Part shown: positions 37,697-47,706 of the stretch, in pieces
Numbering within the stretch: the stretch's first letter is position 1
How the letters are laid out: each line of letters begins with the position of its first letter
From: an uncultured virus (IMG/VR IMGVR_UViG_3300037419_001565)
Lineage: Duplodnaviria; Heunggongvirae; Uroviricota; Caudoviricetes
Length of the DNA: 64,000 nt
Direction: 5' to 3' (one strand)
IMG/VR virus record: IMGVR_UViG_3300037419_001565
The notes under the pieces: model-generated
What the model was told of the DNA's origin: nothing
The model's input: only the letters and a program-made list of their open reading frames with translations
Database searches by the model: none
Program-made: the position numbers and the translations under genes

Positions 37697-38665
37697 TCAC
37701 GCAAGCGGCATCACCACGTTCTCAATCCCGGCTTTCTTCTGTTGCTCAATGTAGGCTTTGCGAGCGGCAGGATCGGTTCTCCAATCCTGGACATTCACAT
37801 TCCCCGTTTGAGGTTGAGTGGAAAGCGGTTGAGCCGTGGGACGGACAGGTTGAGTGGGAGTTTGCGAGGCTTTTTGAAGCTCAGCCAACTGCGCCTTCAA
37901 GCGAGCGTTCTCCGCAACGGTATAGACCTGCTTGTAAAGTTCGGGAAGTTGCGAGGCGAATTGTGGGTTCGCTTTCGCGTTGTCGATGCCCATTTTCAAA
38001 AGAGGCTGTGCGTCGAGGGTCTTCTTGAACTCCGGAGATCCGTAGAACTTGCCGAACTCAGGGATCTGAGCAGAAACCTGCTGAACCGCCGAGGTCTCGA
38101 CAAAGTTGTGAAGGACCGGCATGTATGGAGCGAACTGCTGCTCCATCTGCTCCGAGGCCATCTGCTTCTGGACCGCGTGATAACGGGAATAATCCCCCGT
38201 CTGCTGGCCCATCTGCACGGCTTCGGTCAGGTCTTTTGCATACTGATTCGGATTGTCGATGTAGCGAACGGGGGCTTGTGGCCCAACCATCGGCTGCATC
38301 TGTCCAGGCTGCACGCGCTGACCCGTGAGAGGGTCAATGCCTGTAGTCTGTGTCACTTGACTGCGGAGCAGATTGATTAAGCTGTCTTTATGCTCAATGC
38401 CCCGTTGAGCTTCCTCCACCGACCGATAGACGCTCTCTCCAGCACGAAGCTCGAAAGAAGCGGGCGTTGTCGCACCAGGATCGACAGAGGTGGTTGTTCC
38501 CGTGGTTGCCGTTGTCGGCTGGCTGCCATCAGCAGTAGTCGAGAACATATCTACGACTGATGTGGGGTCGGTTGCGGCGGGCGTAACTCCTGCGGTAATG
38601 GCATCAGTGCCGAGACCGAGCAGGACCAAAGCCAATCCGCAAACGCGGTTGGTTAGTGCTTTCAT
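37697..38665 (-). CDS. capsid scaffolding protein
   Basis: Directly upstream of capsid gene; low complexity, YRSVEEA motif, helical. Confidence 0.7.
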   Translation of the reverse strand: MKALTNRVCGLALVLLGLGTDAITAGVTPAATDPTSVVDMFSTTADGSQPTTATTGTTTSVDPGATTPASFELRAGESVYRSVEEAQRGIEHKDSLINLLRSQVTQTTGIDPLTGQRVQPGQMQPMVGPQAPVRYIDNPNQYAKDLTEAVQMGQQTGDYSRYHAVQKQMASEQMEQQFAPYMPVLHNFVETSAVQQVSAQIPEFGKFYGSPEFKKTLDAQPLLKMGIDNAKANPQFASQLPELYKQVYTVAENARLKAQLAELQKASQTPTQPVRPTAQPLSTQPQTGNVNVQDWRTDPAARKAYIEQQKKAGIENVVMPLA

Positions 38666-38781
38666 TCATTCTCCCTTGTGGGGTTTTTGGATTTGACAGC
38701 TTGTGGCTGTCGAACACGAGATGTCCGCTCTTTTGCGATGTCCGTTATTAATGGACAAGCCGCTTCAGCGGACAGCGCCTT

Positions 38782-39132
38782 CTAGACCAAAGTGGTCGAG
38801 GCTGAGACTTTTTTGAAGAGTCGAATCTCTTCGTCCTCTGCGGGACGAGATTTCTTGGTGTCCATCTGCGCAAACATGCGGAGATCGGCTTCCAGCAAAT
38901 CAATCGCTCTCACCATCGCTTGCAGATGGGGAATTAACTTCGCATCGGTCTCACTCACCAGCTTGCTCTGCGCGACGGCTTTCTTGAATCGCAGCGATGC
39001 GAGGATGTATTTGAACCCGTCCCGATATTGAAGTTGTTTGAGGTCAAGGAGAGTGGATTCAGTGAGAGTGGGTTTCTCGGCGGTGGTTTCAATCACCAGC
39101 GGACGGACGAGGGATTTGAGGTAACTAATCAT
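38782..39132 (-). CDS. hypothetical protein (between portal and scaffold)
   Basis: ATG overlaps the end of a motif-A copy. Confidence 0.55.
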   Translation of the reverse strand: MISYLKSLVRPLVIETTAEKPTLTESTLLDLKQLQYRDGFKYILASLRFKKAVAQSKLVSETDAKLIPHLQAMVRAIDLLEADLRMFAQMDTKKSRPAEDEEIRLFKKVSASTTLV

Positions 39133-39160
39133 TGAGATGGAAAGGTTTGGGGGGAGATGG

Positions 39161-39340
39161 TTAAAGTTTTTCGGCACAATCCGCGCAGGCGATGAAAGTC
39201 ACGTAAGGTCGGGTGATGATTTCGTACTCTTCAGTCTCGTAATAACTGAGCATCCGATCACACAGGAAGAGGCGGCAGTTCTGAATGCCCATCGAGGTTC
39301 GTTCGAACTCAGGGTCGAGAATGGCTTCGCCACATTTCAT
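39161..39340 (-). CDS. small Cys-containing protein (59 aa)
   Basis: Manual translation MKCGEAILDPEF...IACADCAEKL; bracketed by inverted motif-A copies. Confidence 0.5.
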   Translation of the reverse strand: MKCGEAILDPEFERTSMGIQNCRLFLCDRMLSYYETEEYEIITRPYVTFIACADCAEKL

Positions 39341-39361
39341 CTCCCAAAACCTTTCAGTTAC

Positions 39362-41533
39362 TTAGCCGTTCCCAATCTCACCCATCTGCCCAAGTCCGAG
39401 CGAGTTCGCACCCACTCCCTGAGCACTCAGACGGCTCTCGGAAGTCGTGCCCGCGCCGGGGATTGAGCCTTCCATTTGGGTCGAAGGCTTACGTCCCCCG
39501 CCCCTGCCATCGTTCGATCCGCGAGGTTTGGAGTCCTTTGAGGACGAGCCGAGGGCTGGTTTTCCCCCGCCTTTCTCGTCCTTGCACATGCACGCGGCTT
39601 TCGCCTTGGCCTCGATCAGAATGAGTTCCTTCTGAAGTTCGAGGTATTGCATCTGCAACATCTGTTGTTGTTGCGCTTGCTGATTGGCGGCATACTCTTG
39701 GTCGGTCATCACCAACTCTTGCCAACCTGGGATTTGGAATTCCTTGAACAGCCTGCGGAGTCCCGCACCCTCTTTCAGATACCCGCTCTCCTTCGCAATA
39801 TTCGCGAGTGCCATCAGATTGCGCTGCCTGACGGTCTTGTTCGAAGCATAGTTTGCGTCGTTCACCACGAAATCGAACTGCCCGATAATCTGCTCAGGGA
39901 TGAGCATCTCAATCTTAGGAATGCCCGCCTGCTCATCGGTAATGAGCATCTCTTCCTCGTTGGTCACAAACTGCTGAATCATCGAGGCGGTCATCTTCAA
40001 CGCGGGACGAAGGATGTCCCGACCGATGTTGCGGATGAATTGCTTGAAGCGGAAATTGCTCTCATTGATGATGGAAGCGATTCCGGTCGCGGTGCCGTTG
40101 TCGCTCGGAGCACCCACACCCTTCGAATAGAAGTCGCTCACACCCGAACCCATCTCACACATGCCGCGAGTGAGTTCGATCATCTGGTAGTCACCCTGCT
40201 CAGGTTTGAGAATCGGAAGCGGGAACATCCAGGTCTTCGGGTCGCCTGAGCCAAACACCTTCCCACCGGGCACGTTCGCGTTGTTGAGCGAATCGTGGTC
40301 AACATCCGCATCGGTGTTGATGCCGTAGCGGGCATTGACTCCCATGTTCCAGTTATCTTCCAGAATCCCGACTTGCTTGGAAAGGTGCTCGTTCAGCTCG
40401 GCAATCGTCTCAACCGCGCTGATGCCGTAAATCTCGTTCGGGATCTTGATGTAGGAGGTGGTGAGGATCGGGATTTGCTTGTGCGCGAATTGGTTCTTGC
40501 CCGCATACAACACAACCGTCTTCCCGCCGTACATCTGCCGATTAAAGGAAGAGGAGTTAAGGGCGCGAAGAGCGAGTCGAGCGTCTTTCCAAGAAAGTCC
40601 ATCTTGGTCCTTGCAAGTGAGTTGAACCACACTCCCATCAATCCGGTTCCACACTTCCGCAAACCGAATGATGACGTTCAGCGGTTCCTTCTGCGTGACA
40701 AGGTGATTCTTGATTTCATCCAGCGCCTCGGGAAAATAGAGGTCTTCGCCCGTTTGAGCCTTGAAGCCCTCAGCCTCACGAATCATCTCCCCCAAAGACC
40801 TTTCAACTATGTGCCCGATGTAGATACCGTTCGGATCAACCAAAAGGTCGAACGGGTCGATAGGGATGAACTTTGGACGGTTCCGCTTAACGGGTTTCTG
40901 CGCGGGACGGAAGCCAATCGGAGGTTGGTTCTGGTCAGGAGTCATTTGAGGTTGACCAGTCTGCGGGTCAACCACCATCTGCATCACAGGTTGGCCGTTA
41001 GCGTCGGTCTGTGGTTGTCCTGTTTGGGGATCAACAATCGGCTGGGTGACGGGAGCCAACGGAAAAACCGGTTCCTTGTAATCCACGATGTCGTAGCCGT
41101 GGTCCCAATCGACCTTGAGGCCCGCAAGCCGATAGATACAAGCATTCTTAATGACCGGCTGAAAGCCCGTTCCAATCGCATCGGCCCGCTCAAGCTTGTA
41201 CTTGAGCACCGTCCCCATCTTCTCCGCCGCAGGCTGGTCGGCCATTCCCTCGCCGTTGCACTCAAACCAATCCCCATCAGGAAACAGAGCGTCATCCACT
41301 CGGGAGGTAATGGTCTCAACGTTCGACTGCGGATAGGGGAAGAAGAGGTTCGATCTCTTCGTCACGCCATCAGGAAAGAACTGTTGTTCGCGATAACCGA
41401 CGAATTGCTTGTAGAAGCGGAAGTTCGCAGCATCGTTGAGCCGCCTGAAGAAAAGCATCTGCTCAACACAAGCCTCGGTGTCGGTTCGGAGTTTTTCTTC
41501 AGCCGCAATCTGTTCGGGGGATTTAGTTTCCAT
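39362..41533 (-). CDS. portal protein
   Basis: 723 aa; IDPFDLLVDP, IPNEIYGIS, TATGI motifs, Gln-rich C-terminal barrel. Confidence 0.85.
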   Translation of the reverse strand: METKSPEQIAAEEKLRTDTEACVEQMLFFRRLNDAANFRFYKQFVGYREQQFFPDGVTKRSNLFFPYPQSNVETITSRVDDALFPDGDWFECNGEGMADQPAAEKMGTVLKYKLERADAIGTGFQPVIKNACIYRLAGLKVDWDHGYDIVDYKEPVFPLAPVTQPIVDPQTGQPQTDANGQPVMQMVVDPQTGQPQMTPDQNQPPIGFRPAQKPVKRNRPKFIPIDPFDLLVDPNGIYIGHIVERSLGEMIREAEGFKAQTGEDLYFPEALDEIKNHLVTQKEPLNVIIRFAEVWNRIDGSVVQLTCKDQDGLSWKDARLALRALNSSSFNRQMYGGKTVVLYAGKNQFAHKQIPILTTSYIKIPNEIYGISAVETIAELNEHLSKQVGILEDNWNMGVNARYGINTDADVDHDSLNNANVPGGKVFGSGDPKTWMFPLPILKPEQGDYQMIELTRGMCEMGSGVSDFYSKGVGAPSDNGTATGIASIINESNFRFKQFIRNIGRDILRPALKMTASMIQQFVTNEEEMLITDEQAGIPKIEMLIPEQIIGQFDFVVNDANYASNKTVRQRNLMALANIAKESGYLKEGAGLRRLFKEFQIPGWQELVMTDQEYAANQQAQQQQMLQMQYLELQKELILIEAKAKAACMCKDEKGGGKPALGSSSKDSKPRGSNDGRGGGRKPSTQMEGSIPGAGTTSESRLSAQGVGANSLGLGQMGEIGNG

Positions 41534-42140
41534 GAAGTTTGAAAAGGAGGAGAAGGATGTTGTTCACAACGGCGGGAATCACTTCCCATGCATCCCACCA
41601 AAAGGGGAGGGAAGCGAGGAGGGGATTTTTGGTGGCGCGGAGGATGAAGTAAGAGGGGAGAGCAGCGTAGAACAGAGTGCAGAGAGCCTTTACGCTAATC
41701 CCCAACGAGAGAACGAACTGGAGCGTGTAGGGATCTCGCATGTAGGGGTTTGACTCAGAGAGTCCGACCCGCATTCCCAACATGGTTGAAATGATGTCGA
41801 GGAAGTGGATGAGCAGGCAGAAACCGACAGCCCACCCCAAAACATCTCCCTTAAAACCTTTCAGAAACTTCACTTTCCTAAGCTTTGGGAGATGGGTTTT
41901 CGCGTGGAAAAAGAGCGAAATAACGAGGCCGATAAGAAGAATTTCCAAGGGGGAGCTTTCGGAGGGATTGAGATGGAAAGGATTTGAGGGAGATGGAGGG
42001 GATAACTGAGGAGTAACTACCTTGTTATCTTTCCCGTTTCCGTAATAGACTTGCTGGCCTGTTATGGAACGACTGCTAAAGCTGCTCCGTCGCATGTGGA
42101 ATGCGATAAACGAAGAAGATCCGAACCACCTCGAAAACAC
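41523..42140 (-). CDS. membrane protein (DUF5658-like); real start probably downstream of 42140
   Basis: LDIISTMLG...ESNPYMR plus TM segments. Confidence 0.5.
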   Translation of the reverse strand: MFSRWFGSSSFIAFHMRRSSFSSRSITGQQVYYGNGKDNKVVTPQLSPPSPSNPFHLNPSESSPLEILLIGLVISLFFHAKTHLPKLRKVKFLKGFKGDVLGWAVGFCLLIHFLDIISTMLGMRVGLSESNPYMRDPYTLQFVLSLGISVKALCTLFYAALPSYFILRATKNPLLASLPFWWDAWEVIPAVVNNILLLLFKLHGN

Positions 42141-42283
42141 GGCTTGGTAAGCACTGTGCGGGAATTCTTCAAAACGCTGGTCTGTATGGCTTTACTGTTT
42201 GCGGCCATCTATGCAGCCGCCTATTCATTCAATGTTCTGTTCGCCATCAGCATGACCCTGTTTCTCGTGACACTGAGTTCCAA

Positions 42284-42934
42284 ATGAACACTGCACTCAA
42301 GACCCTCGCTCACCATCTACCGTCGCCGCTTCTGCATGTGGCAAAGCGGTTTCACTATCAACGCACCTTCCAGCGCAGCACCGTGAATGACGAAGCGGAC
42401 CTTGCTATCCTGCCGCATGTCATCAAACCTGACTTCGTCTGCCTCGACCTTGGAGCCAATCTCGGCATCTTCACCAAGCACCTATCGAGACTTTCATCAC
42501 AGGTCATTTCCATCGAACCGATGCGGGAAACGTTTTCTTTCCTCAAAAACAACGTCCGCGAACTGCCTAACGTCACCCTGCACAACGCCGCTGTCTCCGA
42601 CCATCTCGGCACCGTCTCAATGGAGTGTCCTAACATCTACGAGGCCCACATCGTTGCCGATTCCGGTGACATCCCCTGCATCACCGTTGACTCGCTCAAT
42701 CTTCCTCGGATCGACTTCATCAAGGTCGATGTCGAAGGCCACGAATTACCCGTCATCAAGGGAGCTTTAACAACCATCTCTCGCCATCGTCCTATGTGGC
42801 TCATCGAGTCGAACTGGGACTCGCCACTCTTCGACCAAATGCAGATGCTCGGGTATTCCTGCTATATCGAAGATTCCGGTTCACTTCGTCCGCGTCTCGA
42901 TGGAGAACGCAAGACGAATTATTGGTTCTGCTAA
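42284..42934 (+). CDS. FkbM family methyltransferase
   Basis: LDLGANLG, SIEP, FIKVDVEGHE. Confidence 0.9.
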   Translation: MNTALKTLAHHLPSPLLHVAKRFHYQRTFQRSTVNDEADLAILPHVIKPDFVCLDLGANLGIFTKHLSRLSSQVISIEPMRETFSFLKNNVRELPNVTLHNAAVSDHLGTVSMECPNIYEAHIVADSGDIPCITVDSLNLPRIDFIKVDVEGHELPVIKGALTTISRHRPMWLIESNWDSPLFDQMQMLGYSCYIEDSGSLRPRLDGERKTNYWFC

Positions 42935-44796
42935 CGAACCGTCCCGCCTCTAACCGTCACGCCCTTTCCGACGTGCTTCGTGGTGGGCGCACTGCGCCAC
43001 TTCACGTAGTCAAAACTGAAGCGGTAGCACTCTCCGAACGGAAAATGCCCGTTGGTTTCTCCGCACCCGCCGTTCACCGGATCGAGCAGGATCGCATTCT
43101 GGAATATGGTGTCGCCTCTGACCTGATAAGTAGAATCGCCTGTGATACTGAACAACCATGCGTACATGGGCGCGATGAAGTGGTTGAGCTGTCTGTTGTC
43201 AGAACCTGCGCTCGCTGGAAGCCCAGCTGCATAGTTGGCTGAGTTGTAATAAAAAGCGTTCGGATAAAGACTCAGGTTCCATGCGTTCGTCCATAAATAA
43301 TCAGCAACCGTCTTGATGGCTTTCGGGATGCGCTTATCCTGATAGCCTACGCATTGTGGTGATTCATAGCAGTCAATCAGAGATTGCGCCCACAGTCCCG
43401 TGTAGAAGGGTTGGATATAGGGAGCATGCCCCGTCGTCACCCATTCATCGGCTCGTCCGATGTTGATGTCCAGCGCCTTCTGCATATACGCAGAGCGCGA
43501 TGTGTCGCCAGTCTTGGCGTTGTAAAGTTCTGCGTCAAGCTTGTAGACAGCTTCACGAGTAAGCACCGTGCGCACATTTGCATTTGACGCTAAGTTCGCC
43601 TCAGACGCATTCGTCGCAAGGTTTTGCACGGCAGACTTCGCTGCGGTGTCTCCATTAAGCAGCCAATGGTAGTACGGTCCCCTTGGATAAACACGCCAGC
43701 CTGCCGGTGAACCCGCTGCATACGGAAGGTACGTGTTCTTTACATTCGTAATGCAGGCATCCCATTGCGACGAATTACCAGTCAGCCCAAAGGTCGCGTC
43801 GTACTGTTTGACGCGCAAGAACACCCACCAGCCATCGTAGTAATAAGGAGTGTTTTCACTGCCGATCGAAGTTGCGTCGTTGCAGCGCAGTGCTGCGTAC
43901 GTGGTCATGACGCCTGTCCATGTCCTCGGACATGGTGAGCCATCCATCTGTAATGAGCCTGTTGTTAAACACGGAATCTGCGGCGTCGTGCTCCAGTTCG
44001 GATTCCCGAATGTGAACGTAGCTGGCGAGTCAACGACGATTGTCCACGGATAATCTTTTGCCGCTGGTACTCCACCCGCTGCTGTTACATGGAAATTTGT
44101 GTTATACGTTCCCGGCGTTGTGTTCGATGGAATGGTGATCTTGAGATTGATTGGGTCAGTGCAGTCCTGATAATAAGTGAGTGTAGTCCCCACAACATTG
44201 ACGTGATTGCCGCCGCCGCACACGAATGAACCAGAATCGGTCGAGAGTGTAGCTCCTGGGGGTAAGTTCTGAGCCACGACGCTCAAGGCATGATTTGGAC
44301 TTGAACTTGTATCAGAAAGCAAGTAGAAGTCCATGCCGAGAGGCAGGTCATGTCCCGCATCTACGTGGTGCGCTCCCCAGAAGTTCAGACGATAGTCGTA
44401 AGATCCCGCGCCTGCGGCAGTCGGACTCATGAACACCGTAGCAAGAATGTACTTGCTTGTGTCTGCAATACAACGCGAACGAACTTGCGTGTACCAGCTA
44501 ATCCCGGCTGGATAGATTCCGGTGACAGTCACCGAATGCGAAGTTACCCCTCCTGTGTCCAGCGTTGCAGTATGACCAGCACCGGACGCATCTCCCACGC
44601 TTCCACCATCATCGTTGGGAACCGACCACATCAGGAATGAATCTGAGGGTGAGTCAGTCGTCCAGTCCACACGGACAGAAGTTGTTGAGAGGGCTGTTGC
44701 GGTCGGACCTGAGGTAATCGCAGGTGCCGCGCCGGGACACACTCCCGCATACGCAAGCGATGCAAGCACCGGCAATAAAAGCAGGACTTTCTTCAT
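42931..44796 (-). CDS. signal-peptide protein with FN3/Ig domains and an aromatic-rich helical C-terminal domain
   Basis: MKKVLLLLPVLASLAYA; VDWTTDSPSDS...HSVTVTG. Confidence 0.65.
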   Translation of the reverse strand: MKKVLLLLPVLASLAYAGVCPGAAPAITSGPTATALSTTSVRVDWTTDSPSDSFLMWSVPNDDGGSVGDASGAGHTATLDTGGVTSHSVTVTGIYPAGISWYTQVRSRCIADTSKYILATVFMSPTAAGAGSYDYRLNFWGAHHVDAGHDLPLGMDFYLLSDTSSSPNHALSVVAQNLPPGATLSTDSGSFVCGGGNHVNVVGTTLTYYQDCTDPINLKITIPSNTTPGTYNTNFHVTAAGGVPAAKDYPWTIVVDSPATFTFGNPNWSTTPQIPCLTTGSLQMDGSPCPRTWTGVMTTYAALRCNDATSIGSENTPYYYDGWWVFLRVKQYDATFGLTGNSSQWDACITNVKNTYLPYAAGSPAGWRVYPRGPYYHWLLNGDTAAKSAVQNLATNASEANLASNANVRTVLTREAVYKLDAELYNAKTGDTSRSAYMQKALDINIGRADEWVTTGHAPYIQPFYTGLWAQSLIDCYESPQCVGYQDKRIPKAIKTVADYLWTNAWNLSLYPNAFYYNSANYAAGLPASAGSDNRQLNHFIAPMYAWLFSITGDSTYQVRGDTIFQNAILLDPVNGGCGETNGHFPFGECYRFSFDYVKWRSAPTTKHVGKGVTVRGGTVR

Positions 44797-46499
44797 TGGC
44801 ACTGGAAGGTGTAGGTATTAACCACGCCAGAACCTGCGGTGGCGTTGTTCTGGATCTTCAGCGAGACATAGTCCCCCGCCGAGAGCGCCACTGTATGCGT
44901 CGTATCAGGAGTGACAGTTGCGTCTGTTGCCCCGGCCGCTACCGTCACCGTCAGGGTCGTGTCGGCCATGCCCGCCACAGTTGCACCCTTGCGCAGCGTG
45001 AGCACCTGACTTCCAGTGCCGGATTGTGCCGAGCCGAGATAGATGTAAAGGTTCTTGGCGGTACAGGCCACCGGAATCTTGGTCGTCCGGTCTGCTTCCG
45101 TTGTCGAGCACGCGCCCGACCCACCTACGTTGCCTCCGAGAATCGGACAGTAACTTGTTGTTGATGCACTTACCGAGACCCCGCCATAGAACCCAAACAC
45201 CGTGCCGATGCCCGAACCTGATGGGGTAGCCCATGTACCATCCCCACGCCAGAACGTTGACGATGACGCGCCTGTTCCGCTGTTTAGATTGTTGACTGAA
45301 AGATTTCCAGTCACATCGTTGGCAAGACTTACGGCTGACCATGAAGCCTGACCCGCCGCATTACCATGCAAAACTTGCGTCGTCGTACCTTGGTTTGCCG
45401 CAACGTGAGACGAGCTAGTTAGATTCACAAGCGCAGCAGCCGCATCCTGCGTGCCGGAAGTGATATGCGTGAAGCCTGTGCCCGTTGGCGTGCTGCCACC
45501 GCCTCCGCACGCTGCACCGTTATCTACGATGTTCCCGCTCGCGTCGAACTTCGCGCAGTTGCCCGAGGTCAGCGTGCCCGAAGTTCTGGCCAAATCCACA
45601 TAACTTCCGTTATTGAAAGAAGCCTTAATGGTGTGGGATGTTGAATCGGCGTAAAGAAAGGTCTTTCCCGCAGCTGGACCACTTGCGGGAGTTGTGCCTT
45701 CTGAGAATTTCCAAGACGAGCCTTCACCCGCTGTGCCCGTAGTAGTAACAGCACCAACCGTTAGCGTGTCGGTGGCCGAGTCATACGTCATCCCAGCATC
45801 GCCACCTACTGTCGTTGTGCCGGTATAGACGGCGACCTGATTGACGGTCGCAGAGCTGACCGTTCCAGATCCACCGCCCCCACCAGAATCAGCCGAACAC
45901 GTTACCGTTGAATCGGTGTTAATAGAAAGTACGTGTCCTGTTCCAGTGCAATCTTTTGATTGCACCTTTCCACCAGCCGATGCGCCGGGGTTGGGTAACT
46001 GAGCGGAAGTTGCTGTGCCACTAATGTCTGAGAACGCGGGTTGTGCTTTGGTGAATGCGCCAGTACTTGAGTTGTATGCGGTAAAGAAATTGCTTGCTGT
46101 GGCCGTTGTATTCGCAGGTGCAGCTACACAAGTCGCATCACTTTTTAGCAAGCCCGAACACGCACCTGCAGCCCACAATGTGACGATATCGGCTGCCGCA
46201 GCCGCACTCGGAACACCCGAAGTGGATTTGATTACACCCGAGAGCGAAGAAACTTTGATGGCTTTTCCAGTGATTCCATTAAATAGAACCATCTGTGAGT
46301 CCGTAGACGAAGCCGGTCCCGCCACGTCTCCCGCACCAGCAGGAGTGCTCCATTGGGTCGTGGTGCCGTTAGTGGAGAGGAATTTGCCTGACTGACCCGA
46401 TTGGTCGGGGAGAGAGGAATTCCCACCTCCGCCACCGCCGAATTGTCCTTGGGCGAATGCGAGGGATGAGAGCGCAATTGTGAGAATTATCTTCCGCAT
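44793..46499 (-). CDS. Gly/Ser/Thr-rich fibre-like protein with signal peptide
   Basis: MRKIILTIALSSLAFA-Q; LPDQSGQSGKFLSTNG, GDVAGPASSTD, TFWRGDGTW fibre-type motifs. Confidence 0.7.
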   Translation of the reverse strand: MRKIILTIALSSLAFAQGQFGGGGGGNSSLPDQSGQSGKFLSTNGTTTQWSTPAGAGDVAGPASSTDSQMVLFNGITGKAIKVSSLSGVIKSTSGVPSAAAAADIVTLWAAGACSGLLKSDATCVAAPANTTATASNFFTAYNSSTGAFTKAQPAFSDISGTATSAQLPNPGASAGGKVQSKDCTGTGHVLSINTDSTVTCSADSGGGGGSGTVSSATVNQVAVYTGTTTVGGDAGMTYDSATDTLTVGAVTTTGTAGEGSSWKFSEGTTPASGPAAGKTFLYADSTSHTIKASFNNGSYVDLARTSGTLTSGNCAKFDASGNIVDNGAACGGGGSTPTGTGFTHITSGTQDAAAALVNLTSSSHVAANQGTTTQVLHGNAAGQASWSAVSLANDVTGNLSVNNLNSGTGASSSTFWRGDGTWATPSGSGIGTVFGFYGGVSVSASTTSYCPILGGNVGGSGACSTTEADRTTKIPVACTAKNLYIYLGSAQSGTGSQVLTLRKGATVAGMADTTLTVTVAAGATDATVTPDTTHTVALSAGDYVSLKIQNNATAGSGVVNTYTFQCQ

Positions 46500-46810
46500 T
46501 ATCGCGCCGACTCCAAACGCTGGATGTAGTAGGTAACGTTCCCCGCAGTCGGGTTGTAGATGCGGATGTGCGTGACATTCCGACCTGTGCCCATCGTGTA
46601 GACGACTCCCGAAGGAATGAGGAAATCCGAAGTGGAAGCCGCATTCATGCCCGAAGAGGTTCCTGCTTTGATGTGCATGTTTCCCGTGCCAACAATCGCA
46701 ACCGCCGCGTTCGAGCCAACCTCAATTGCCGCGCTAGAGGTGGTGGTTGCGAGAGTTCCTGTGATCGTGGGGGCTTCGGAGTGGGTTAAGAGAGAGGAGA
46801 GGATGGCCAT
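46499..46810 (-). CDS. small beta-rich putative virion protein
   Basis: 103 aa, TAATG coupling. Confidence 0.55.
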   Translation of the reverse strand: MAILSSLLTHSEAPTITGTLATTTSSAAIEVGSNAAVAIVGTGNMHIKAGTSSGMNAASTSDFLIPSGVVYTMGTGRNVTHIRIYNPTAGNVTYYIQRLESAR

Positions 46811-46873
46811 TTTAGATTTTTCCTAGGCGGGGATTGAGAGGGAGGTAATTGAAAGGTTTTGGGGGGATGAAAA

Positions 46874-47092
46874 TTACTTTTTGAAAACGTCTGCGCTACG
46901 GTTCACGCCGTAGAAGAGGGTCATCAGAACCCCTTGCGCGCCAAGCGTCATCGGATCAGGCAAGGTGTGAGTAATTTTCAAAAAGCACGAGTCCCAGGCA
47001 AGGACCGCGCAGACGATGGGAAGCGTTATGCAGCGAGAAAAGCTGACTGTGCCATCGGCTTCAGAAAAGCAGGATTTTAGGAAGGTTTTCAT
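46874..47092 (-). CDS. holin-like two-TM protein
   Basis: FSEADGTVSFSR plus two hydrophobic helices. Confidence 0.55.
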   Translation of the reverse strand: MKTFLKSCFSEADGTVSFSRCITLPIVCAVLAWDSCFLKITHTLPDPMTLGAQGVLMTLFYGVNRSADVFKK

Positions 47093-47427
47093 TGTTGAGA
47101 TTGAAAGGTTTTTGGGAGATGTTTAGTTGAGCTTCTGTCCGTTCTTCTCGACTTTGAAATCGGAAATCAGATCCTCAACAGTAGTGAACTTTCCCGACTT
47201 GATGCCCTCCGCCCAGTGATGCACGAGGTCTTGAAGCATTTGCACCTTGACGTAACTTTGCGAACTGTCACTCGATGCAACCGCGTAGAGAGCGTTTACT
47301 TCCACACACGACGCGCATCCCATCACCTCAGGCATGACTGAACCTCTTCCGGTGTAGCCGTGTAGCGGGCATGACGGGACGATGTAGATTCCCGTTGTGT
47401 CTTCTTGATGTTTGGGAGTTCTCTTGC

Positions 47428-47706
47428 TCACAGTTGAATCACCTGCTTGAGAAAAAGGGCGAAGCGGAAACCTACAATCAACGCGAGTGGGACTTCCGCG
47501 TGAAAAATAAGAGAGAGGGCGAGCAAAGCAACACTCGGCCCTCCCACTCCAATGATTGCGCCGATCTCTATGCCGAACCGTCCGCATAGGAATCGGACAA
47601 AACGGTTCAACTCAACAGCGATACCGAACAATCGCATCTGACGCGCAGAAAACCACGCATCAAACGCGCACAGCCCGACAAAGACTATTGAGAGGAAAGT
47701 CAGCAT
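47428..47706 (-). CDS. membrane protein
   Basis: Hydrophobic; FDAWFS...VELN motif; TAATG coupling. Confidence 0.5.
   Translation of the reverse strand: MLTFLSIVFVGLCAFDAWFSARQMRLFGIAVELNRFVRFLCGRFGIEIGAIIGVGGPSVALLALSLIFHAEVPLALIVGFRFALFLKQVIQL

Noticed and set aside
40295..41542. Long + strand ORFs (415 aa here; also 25792-26730, 37568-38380, 48984-49667)
   Set aside because: Antisense shadows of portal, ejection, scaffold and terminase genes with no motifs
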